Shown: one piece after another, positions 53,736 through 64,000 of the stretch
How positions within the stretch are numbered: the first letter of the stretch is position 1
Layout: each line of letters starts with the position of its first letter
NCBI GenBank assembly: GCA_964016885.1
Contig: OZ024740.1
Location: 160,642,001 to 160,706,000 of the forward strand
Origin: Eledone cirrhosa
Taxonomy: Eukaryota
Reading direction: 5' to 3'
Length of the DNA stretch: 64,000 nt
Translations under genes and position numbers: made by a program
The notes under the pieces: generated by a model
Database searches by the model: none
What the model saw: the letters and a program-made list of their open reading frames with translations, nothing else
What the model was told of the DNA's origin: nothing

Positions 53736-55299
53736 CTTGTGATCCTAAATATCAACAGTTAAATGTTACCCCTAAATATCTTATGTTTCCAGGAATATGC
53801 TATATATGTCATAATTATACCATGAATGACAATGGCACCAGAAATAGATGTATGATACTTTAGACAGTCTGACAGTTCATTGTTGATAGACAAGGGAAAA
53901 ATGTAGTTCTGCAAATAAAATTATTTTTGAAGGGAATCATTTCCTGTCTTGTCTTTTCATTTCTGTCAAGTGGAACCAGATCTGCCATTTATAACTAAAG
54001 TCTATATATATCCCTCTTTCTCTTGCCCCATCCCTCTTTCTCACTCTCCTCCCCCCCTCTCTATATCTCTCTCTCTATATATATATATCTATATATATCT
54101 ATATATATATATACCATCTAACCCATGCTAGCGTGGAAAATGGACGTTAAACGAAGATGATGATGATGATGATGATGATACACAGACACACTCATACACA
54201 GATACGTGTGTGTGTGTAGTGTGTAAAGGAAAAAGGAAGGGACCTGATCAACATCTCAGACTGACAAAACATTTTCATTGTTGATGCTATATACTATTTA
54301 CAATTCCTGGCAGAAGTATATACTTACATAGACATACTTTTATTTGTGTAACGTTTGGTGTCCAGAATTGATATACCATATACCTTGCAATCAGGGAAGA
54401 GCGGACGTAAAATGATGATGATGATGATGACCAGGATAACTGCATATATGAGCAGTCTTACAAACTGGAAAATTTGTTCTTTGATAAGTTAATGGTTTCC
54501 ATAAGAGAAACTGCATAGTTTCTGTTGATTACTGACACATGAAAGTGATAAAAGAATATTTTAATAATTTATTTCTAGGATATAATTACATAAATGTTCA
54601 TCATTTATGTACAGATGACATACATAATTAAATATATGAACAGGTTTGGAGAAATATCTATTTTGAAGAGACAAATGTGATATCAGAACATAGGAATTGT
54701 GATTGGAAAAAAAATGTCTTATTGTAACAATGTGACTGAGATAGGAAATACATTTTGTGTATGTGTATGCTTGTGAGTGTAAATCTGAAAAAATTAGAGA
54801 TATATAAATAAATATATAAACACATATACCTTATTAGTATCGTAGATATTAATAACTCTTGTTTATAATCAAGGAAGAAAAATATGATTAAAAGGTAGGG
54901 AGGTTAGGGAAATGGAGAGGTATAAAAAGAATAACAACAACAATAAAACATACTTCTTTGCATATTTTCAGTAAATATTGAATAAGATAAATATTCATTC
55001 ATTTCCTCTGGTTGGTATGCAGCTGCCACTATTCCTTGGTCCACTTGTCCATGTTTTTAAAGGTTTCATGTAATCTCTTGATAAACTCTTTGTTGGTAAT
55101 AAATCTACTTATTATTATAATTATTGTTACTTTGCGAGCATTAATGATGTCAATGGTGGTAGTGGTGGTGACAATGGGAATTATCATTCTTGGAGTAGTA
55201 GTAGCATTTGTTGCAAGGGTGGTGGTTCCAGTAATAGCAATCATCATTCTATTATGATCCTTATTTCCATTATTATAATTATTATTGTTATTATTATTA

Positions 55300-57565
55300 T
55301 TTCATTTATCTTGCTTTATGTTCATACGAGTTATCACTAAGACACAACCAGTGACCTCAAGAGACAACAAGGTCTGCCATGTTCAAGAAAGAACACACAT
55401 ACACACTGATGCATCTTTAGTGATGTACTTATGTTGTGATGTACTTATATTGACAGAATCTTCCTTAGTATATAGGCAGTTCCCATTAGTACTATCTTTT
55501 GTATTTCTTCTATACGTGGGTTTCCTGGGATTTGGGATAAGTAATCATTAGACCCCTTAGGTATCATTCCTAGAGCACCTACAACCACTGGTATTATTTT
55601 AGTTCTCAACTTCCACATTTTTCCAATTTCTATCTCTAGGTCTTTATACTTGCTCAATTTTTCAAATGTTTTTATAGATACATTCTTGTCTATTGGGACG
55701 GACATATCAATTAGCAGGCACACCCTCTTTTTAAAACCCCTCAGTATTATATCAGGTCTATTTGCATCTAGGTGTTGGTCTGTTTGGATGCTAAAGTTCT
55801 AGAAGATTGAGATGTGATCTTTTTCAAGTACGGGAGGTGGTTGATTCTCCCACCAATTCTTTTGATGGAGCAGGTCAAAATGCTTACACATCATCCAATG
55901 TATGTATTGTGCAGATCTGTCGTGCCTATTTAGCTATTCGGTTGGAGCTATAGGACTGCACATTGAAATTATATGATCAATGGTCTCTGGTTGATTTCTA
56001 TATACACGACATACTGGGTTGCATCCATTTTTTATGATGTTGGCAGACACTGATCTTGTGCTGGTATAATCAGTCCTTCAGTTTCCGATTTCAGTCCAGA
56101 GGATTCCAACCACTGATGGGTTAAAGTTTTGTCAACATCAGGATTGTTAGCTCTTTCTGGGTATTTTCCATACAGAGGCTTTTCTTGCCATTTCTTTGCC
56201 AGTTTCTGTAGCAGTTCTTTCTTTGTAGTTCATTACTGTATCTTTGCGCATCTTTTGAAATGGAGTATGATCTTTTGATGCTTTCCTGTTTCAAAACGAG
56301 TTTGATCATCCAATCATGTGATTCCTTGGATATGTAGATAATCAAATTGTTGCAGTTTTCAAAGCTATATCTAACTGGATTAATCCACGTCCTCCTTCTT
56401 TCTTAGGGAGATATATTCTATCTTTATCTGCCTTAGGGTGATGCATTCTGTGCATGGTTAAGAATTTTCTAACTTTTGTATCGAGTCTATGGATCTCAGT
56501 GCTTGACCAGTGGATGACATTGAAACTGTAAGTTACTACTGGTATGGCAAGCGTGTTTATCACATCAATCCTATTCCTTGCATTCAACTCCATTCTTAAG
56601 ATTGGTCTTACTCTGCAGTAACATTCCTTCCTTATCCTTTCCCTCGTTGTCGAGTGCTTGATTCCGTCTCCTTCACAAACATCTAGATATTTGTAAGTTT
56701 CCTCTTGATCAAGTTCTCTTATCACATTCCCCCGATCAAGATTAATGTCTGAACTTTTCAGCAGCTTTCCTCTGGTGAACATGGCTTTGGTGCATTTATC
56801 TAGTCCAAACTCCATTTTAATATCATCACTGAACATCCACAGTGGATAATAGCTCATCATTTTTTGCAAATAGATTCAGGTCATCCATGTAGAACAAGTG
56901 ATTAATGGTTTTGTCATATACTTTATATCCATGTTTTGTTTCATTGAGCATTTTACTTAATGGTATAAGTGCGATGCAAAATAAAAGTGGTGATAAAGTC
57001 ACCCTGAAAAATTCCACAATTAATATTAACTTCTCCAGCTTCCAGTGATTTTTTTTCACTATTCAAAAGGAGTGTTGTTTTCCATGTCTTCATACTGAAT
57101 GACAGGGACCTCCTGACAACGGGAGATATTTTGAAAATCTCTAAACACTTTTCAATCCAACTGTGTGGCAAACTATTGAATCCTTTTTTGTAATCTATCC
57201 AAGCAATTGATAGATTTTTGTGTCTATTATGACAATCTTCCAGTATCATTTTGTTAACCAAAAGCTGATCCTTACAGCCATATGAGCCTCGTTTACACCC
57301 TTTCTGCTCAATGGGAAATAGGTCATTTGTTATCAGGTGGTCATATGTATATTCAGTTAGGACAGATGTTAAAATGTTATACATTGTGGTAAAGCATGTT
57401 ATCAGTCTGTAACTTTTGGGATTATTTGTCTCATCATTCTTCGGAAGTAGGAATGTAATGCTGTTAACTAGCCATGATGGTATCTTTTCTGGCTCCATTT
57501 CATTGTAAAGTTGGGCTAACAGCTCATGAGACTCTGTGAAGGCATTTATCCAAAAATTTGGTATT
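55300..57565 (-). mobile_element. R4/Dong-like LINE (RT, CCHC, RLE), 5' truncated, frameshifted
   Basis: SIAWIDYKKGFNSLPHSWI, GIFQGD, HLFYMDDLNLF, DDIKMEFGLDKC, GGRGLIQL and CLLIDMSVP..EKLSKYKDLEIEI..VVVGALG; both ends lie in (TAA/ATT)n. Confidence 0.9.
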
Positions 57566-57602
57566 ATTATTTTTATTAGAAATCATTATTATTATTAATA
57601 TT

Positions 57603-58135
57603 AGGGTGGTGAATTGGCAGTATCGGTAGAGGGTTGGATGCCATGCTTTCTAGCATAGTTACATCCCTTTAGAGTCTGAGTTCAAATCCCACCGAGGTTA
57701 ACTTTGCTTTTCATCCTTACGGTGTCGATAAAATAAAATACCAGTAATGTACTGGGTAATTGCTAGCCTTGTGCCTAAAGTATAAACAATTATTATTATT
57801 AATATTATTATTATTATCATTAGTGTGATGGATTGACAGTATTTGTAGAGCATTGGGCAACATGCTTTGCAGCATAGAGTTATGGCCCTTTAGGTTCTGA
57901 GTTTAAATCCCACCATGGTTAATTTTGCCTTTCATTCTTACAGGGTTGATAAAATAAAGCACCAGTAATGCACTGGGGTCAATTTAATCGACTTTCCTCT
58001 CCCCTTCAAATTACTGGCTTTGTACCTAAAGTAAAAACAATTATTGTTATTATTATTAGGGCAGTGGATTGGCAGAATCAGAAAAGCACCAGACACTATG
58101 CTTTGCAGCAAATTGCTGGTCTTGTGCCTATAGTA
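57603..58135 (+). mobile_element. Three tandem SINE family 2 copies separated by (ATT)n
   Basis: Copies at about 57603-57790, 57822-58040 and a deleted copy at 58058-58135, each starting with a GGTGAATTGGCAG-like head and ending in ATT repeats. Confidence 0.85.
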
Positions 58136-58914
58136 GTAATCATTATTATTATTATCATTAGTAGTAGTAGTAGTGGTGGTATTGGGGATGGTAGTATTAG
58201 TAGTAGTAGTAATAGCAGCTGCAGTAGCACTTATTTAACCCTCCCCTCCACTCAGGAATCATCATGAAATAGATTGAAAAAATAGAAAAAATTATTCTTC
58301 TGTAAATTTTAGTCTCAACATTTTCTTCTATCTATGTCTCAGAACAACAAAAACAAGAAGAATAATAATCATCATCATCATCATTATCATCATTATCATT
58401 TAACCTTGGTTTTCCTGCTAGAAAGGGTTGGAAAGATCATTAGAGACCAAGGTCAAGGGATGAATCTTGCTTATATATCTTCCCATTGTCTATAGCATGC
58501 AATGGGAGCATTTTATTGTGACACCAGCACTAGGGAGTTTGTTATGTCTTTGACACAGCTGAATATTCTGCCCAATCCTTTGTTTAGCATGTTTTCTTTT
58601 ACATTTGGATGCCATTCCTATCACCAACCACTTTACATAGTGTACTGGGTGTATTTATTATAGTTTCCCTGACACTAAAAAGGTTGCCATGCTCTTAAAA
58701 CCACTGAAGAGTTCTCTTGACACTTTCTCAGCATGCTTTCTATGGCTGGTTCTCAAAGAAAAGCCTTTTGTGAATGAATTAGAACAACAAAATCTGCAAA
58801 GACTTATTTTTTCAATTTTTATAATCTATTTTATTATGATTCTGGAGTGGAGAGGGAGGGTTACATAAGTGCATTACTGGGACTTTATTGGTGGTAATAA
58901 TAACAATAATAATG

Positions 58915-59859
58915 ATTTCATTTATTGGTCACAAGGGCCGACATGTAGGGGACAATACAAAGACAGGGACCGTGGGGGTTTACAATAAGGTCGAGTAAAA
59001 GTGCACAATGGCAAGACTAATTTAACAATGAAGATATAAAAAATATAAAATAAACTATGCATAAATATAACAAAATAAATTCCCTACGACCCAGGACGAC
59101 CCAGGGGTGACTCAGGTACCCCACCAATCCTGAACCACCTTGTGCTTCTAGGGCCCCTAGTGAGAGCACCCCCTCTCCTCAAGTTAGCTAGCCTATAGGT
59201 GCATGGTCAGAGTAAGCCCATTCACACGGGCCATTCTCGCCACATTCATCCACCTTTTAGCAAATGTACTGGAGGGCAGCACTTCTCTCTCCACCCTCAC
59301 CTTCCTTTCCAGGTGAAACTTGAAGAAGTTGATGAGGGATTGGCCGAAGAGAAAAGTATCTGTCTTCAGTCCTTTCAACCTGGTCCACCATATAACCTCT
59401 TTTGCAACGGCCACCAGACAGAGGAAAATTTCCTGCTCTTCCTGACCAAAGGAAGGTGGCGGGTCAATCTTCACTATGGACTCGGTCAATAGCCGGATCC
59501 GTTCCACACGTGACAGTAGCAGTTCGACATAACTCCACTAGTCAGTAATGCACAGACATTGCACAAGTGCGTGCAGAACGGTTTTGTCGCTCTGTGCGCA
59601 TCTTGGGCAGGTCCATCTGACAGCACTTCCGTGCCTGTAGAGTTTATCCCGAACCGGCAGTGCCCTCCCCAGTAGCACTGCCAAGTGAGGGATTTCTGGA
59701 AATTGTCTATCATCCCCGGCTCGAAAGTCCTGCGGTACAGATTGGTCAGTTCAATTTCATCGAGGCCCAAAGCTTCTCCGAGTGCGTCATCGCACTTTCC
59801 CACCACTAATCCTCTATAGAACTCGGGAGTGCAAGTTCCACTTATCGCATTCCCCTGCT

Positions 59860-59860
<1 letters not shown>
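58915..59860 (-). mobile_element. L1/Tx1-like LINE 3' end with zf-RVT-type C-terminal domain
   Basis: FQKSLTWQCYWG then (frameshift) ALPVRDKLYRHG..TCPRCAQSDKTVLHALVQC, and AKEVIWWTR..FFKFHLERK..FAKRW; flanked by (AAT)n. Confidence 0.8.
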
Positions 59861-59910
<50 letters not shown>

Positions 59911-60164
59911 GTTTCTGATATAGTGGTAGTGCTGGTGTTATGAAAAATGCACATAGTACACTCTATGACATTATTATCATTAGAAAGGTCATCCAGCTGT
60001 AGAAGCCATGACAAAAGTGTAACATAACAAGCAAGTGGATGTTATATGATGATGGATGAGGAGGGTTGTAGTGGTTGTGGATATTCTCAGACTGGATTTG
60101 TACATTCAGATTAAAGATAGTCTTTTGTTTCTATATGGTACATCCAGTTTGCAACAATATTGGT

Positions 60165-60480
60165 GCAGGCATGGGTGTGTGCTTAAGTATTTTGCATTGC
60201 AACCACATATTTCTGAGTTTAGTCATGCTGCAAAGCTCCTTCGGCAAGTTAGCCTTGGGTTGATCAATGTCTGATGTGTGGAATTTAGTAGATGGAAACT
60301 GCACCCAGCACTCATTGTAAATGAGGTTGGCATTAGGAAGGGCATTCAGCTGTAGAAACCAAGCCAAAATCAGTTCTGTACGAGCAAGACATGGTCACCT
60401 GACCTGGCATTGTTCACAACAGGATAGCTCGTCTAGCCCATGCCAGCATGGAAAAATGGACATTAAATGGCGATGATGAT
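60165..60480 (+). mobile_element. Diverged tRNA-headed SINE with tail type B
   Basis: Degenerate head, then GCACCCAGCACTCATTGTAAATGAGGTTGGCATTAGGAAGGGCATTCAGCTGTAGAAAC and CCCATGCCAGCATGGAAAAATGGAC with a (GAT)n tail. Confidence 0.75.
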
Positions 60481-61879
60481 GTGTGTATGTGTGTATTTAT
60501 GTCCTGTAATATAGTGGCTTGAAAAAAAAAAAGATAAAATATATACCATACTTGCAAAATACGATCTAGGTTCAAAATGATGTTTTAATCAAAGCAGTGA
60601 TCTAACATGGCTACAATTTAATGATTGAAAGCTATGAAAGAAAAAATAATATAAAACTTTCCTTTAATTAACGTATGTGCCATCAGCACATTCATTTTTG
60701 TTGCTGGTTCAGATTTTAGCTGTTAAAAGTCTAAATCAATACTTTTGTGAGAATTTTGTTGTGAATTTAATCAAATGCTGCCATGTTGTTTATCATTGTC
60801 AATAAAGACATCTAGTAGACCACATGATTTGAAAAGTTAATGGACATCATTAATCCTTTTGATACCAAAACTACCTCTGGTTCGATGATACTAAAGTGTT
60901 TGTTTCAAAGTGTTTAAAAAAAAAAGTGTCTGTCATAATTTTATGTAAGAACCTTTGTTAAGATATGCTCCATGCAATAGCTTAATAATGAGAAAGTTAT
61001 ATTACTAAACTAAATACTTGATTATTTTCAAAATTATCTGAAAATCATGGGAACTGTTTTTTCATTAACAATGTAGTAATGAAACTGTTAATGACTTTCT
61101 TGTTATATTGCTCCCTGGCACTCAGTATCTGTCTACAACTCTTTCTCCCTCTTAGGGATTTTCAATAGTTGAGTGTGCCAGATTTATTTTGTACTTTCTG
61201 GTGTATATTTTTAGAAATAAAATCCTACACACTACTACACTTTACAGAATTTAGTTCTGAAGCACTTCAATTTATTACCACTTATCCATGGTGGCACTTT
61301 GTAAAAAATTTGTGAATGAAAATTGATAGCAAAGATACTAAAAGCATTTGAACTACTGATCTTTTAATTAATCTAGCAAAGAGTTTATAGATATGCTTAT
61401 GAAACAAGTGAAATTGTTTCAATAAAAGAAAAACTTTAAAAATGCATGCCAGTGCCACAATTAATGAGCATGAATAAAAAAAAAATTAAGAATTATATTT
61501 TCAACCACCTGGATTTTCTCTTCTGAATAAGCCATTAAAATAAAACATTGGTAATGTTTTAGCCAAGGAGTGAAGGGCAGGGTCTATGATTCTTGTCAGG
61601 GCCTCTGAAACTGGAAGGAAGAAAAAAGTTATCCTCATAGCAAAGATCTAGTCTGACTGCTAAAGTTACCCAAGTACCAGGTGATGGAATTAAACTGAGC
61701 AACAGATTGAATCTACCACCCAAGTAGGCCCCTCTCTCAGCAGGATTTGATCTTGCCCTTCCACCACCACCACCACCACCAAAACAAGAAGAAAAAACAT
61801 ATTAAAAAATGAACTTTGGCAACAAATCTCCAGATTTATGTGGTAAATGTGCAAATAATTATTAAAGAAAGTTTAAGAG

Positions 61880-62055
61880 TCATGTATTGGCAGAATTGTT
61901 AGACAAATGCTTTGTAGCTCCTTATGTTGCAGTCAGCTTTGCCCTTTATCTATTGATGTCAAAGAAATAAAGCACCAGTCAAGTACTGGGGTTGACTTAA
62001 TTGGCTAACTCCTCTCCATATATTTCTGACTTCAAGACTAATTTAGAAACAATTA
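61880..62055 (+). mobile_element. SINE family 2 copy, diverged
   Basis: TTGGCAGAATTGTTAG..CTTTGCCCTTTATC..AAGCACCAGTCAAGTACTGGGGTTGA..TTAGAAACAATTAT. Confidence 0.6.
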
Positions 62056-62684
62056 TCACAAAGAACCTATAGATATGTTTTGCAGAACTGGTGAAATTGT
62101 TTTAGTTAGAAGAAGAAGAGGAAAATGAAGATAAATGAAATATATCTTTAGAAAAAACAAATTTGTCATTTCTGTCTGTCTGTTGAAAAATAACAATATG
62201 CCTTATGGCACTTTTAAAGAACGTGGACAAAAAAGAATTGGATTTTCAATAATGTTGCTAAAGTGTAATATTCACTATGGCGGAATTTAATAGAGTTACC
62301 AGAGAAATAAGAATACATTTTTAATGGAATCTGTCTGCTGCAGCATATCTTGGTTAAGTGTACTGTGTGTGTAGTGGCCACAGTTGAAATAGCTTGCTTT
62401 AACCAGATTCAGGCAAATTTTGGCATCAGTATTATTGAATTACAGAACTGCAAAATAAACCGATTCCAATCTAAAATTAATGAGTGTTCTTTCGTTATTT
62501 GTTGTTGTTTTGTATTTTGTGTGTGTGCCTTGATGTTGTTTTGTGGGTTGAAATATTTTTTTTTTACAGTTCACCATTTAAATATATATATAGCCGTATT
62601 CATGTGATTTAGTTTTCGTGTGCATATACTCGTGTACATTTCATCTATCTATCTATCTAGCTACCTCTCTCTTTCTCCCTCTCA

Positions 62685-62717
<33 letters not shown>

Positions 62718-62841
62718 CACACATTCATACAAATGCATATATATTTACATATATGTACATGCTCACATAGATGTATATATACTTATACACATGTATTCAT
62801 AGTCATTTTCATACACTGAAACATTATACACATGCATATGC

Positions 62842-62873
<32 letters not shown>

Positions 62874-64000
62874 ACACAATTTATGCATTTGTTTATGTGT
62901 GTGTGTGATATTTCAAAAATAGTATACTTTCTCGCATTTTCCAAAACACAATTTCAGAATAGCTCAGTTGTTAATAGCCTTTGTGCATTTGTATTAATGA
63001 TACAGTGGCCTATGAATAGAATTTGTTGCCACTTTAATGGTGTGTATAGAAGTTTAGCCGACTGTATATAAACTTTCAAGTATATACATGTGTAATAGAG
63101 ATGGGAGGATAGAGATGGGGAAAAAGAAAAATGGGAGGAGAGATAGATGGGACAGAGAGATTAGACAGATACCAAAAGCAAAAAATGATTTGATTGTATG
63201 TAATGTCTATTGCATAATACCAATCAGCTTTTCTCAAGTAGATCTCTAACACACCTACTTCCTTGTCATCATCGCTACCAACATCACCACCAGTGAAGTC
63301 GTATGACATAGTGATAAGGGTGTTGGTCTTGTGGTTGTATGATAGTGGCTTTGGTTCCCAAATTGGATGGTGGGGCTCCAGTCCATTTTAAATAAAGCTT
63401 AGGTTTGGTGAAGACTAATGGCATCTGAGGGCCATAGAAGCAATAGATGAAGGTGCACTCAGTAAGGTGAGTACAGTGATGAAGAGTGTAGGTGGTAGTT
63501 CACCACTGTTCAATTCTTAGTCTATTTCTGTTTATCATTGTTCTTCATACCATAATAGAGGATTTCCTGTATGCTGATGACATAATTCTTATAGCTGAAT
63601 CTGGGGAAGAGTTTGAAGCAATATTCTAATAGATCTAGAATCTAAAAGCTGAAAATGAATAACACCAGTTCCCAAAAATTAACCTTGTGACAGACTAGTG
63701 TCTCATCCAAACCAAAAGTGACTGTTGTACTCTCAGGTGCTTAATATCACATAAAACTGGGATAAGTTCTAGACTTTGTCCAATACTCGATTGCATGGAA
63801 AATTGGATAGAAAATATCATCATCTCTAAGCCCACTTTTTTATGTTGGCAAGGGTCAGTTATTTTTCTATATGGATTGTCTTCCTATCACCAACCTATAT
63901 TTTCATCTTTTAGTATGGCATTTACCACTCACAATCATTGAACTGGTCATCTACAGGATGTACATTTTCTGTAGGACATAAACAAATATCATCTCTTGCC

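Overview
AT-rich eukaryotic repeat landscape, intergenic or deep intronic, with no host gene I can support. The SINE and LINE content, recognised from memory and not by search, is most consistent with a coleoid cephalopod (Octopus-like) genome. The window holds very long (TA)n and mixed TA/CA/TG microsatellites and many non-LTR retrotransposon copies. These include several RTE-clade LINEs, one of them a near-intact ~1040-codon APE-RT-PHD ORF at 38210-41332 broken by one in-frame TGA, plus CR1, two R4/Dong-like RLE LINEs, a Tx1/L1-like 3' end, Penelope-like (PLE) RT and GIY-YIG fragments, two SINE families and a Helitron-like 3' end. Most ORFs in the supplied track are microsatellite or antisense artefacts. 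The most interesting unexplained signal is a set of mutually dissimilar non-coding units that carry type I hammerhead ribozyme-like cores (CUGANGA, stem II, GAAAC..GUH), end in (TA)n or (CA)n tracts and often form inverted pairs. These are candidate PLE pseudo-LTRs or non-autonomous ribozyme-bearing (retrozyme-like) elements. Other notable points are microsatellite-centred palindromes of different ages, SINE tail swapping, and a G-quadruplex-type tandem array upstream of the young RTE ORF. Boundaries were read by eye and are approximate to a few tens of bases unless stated exactly.
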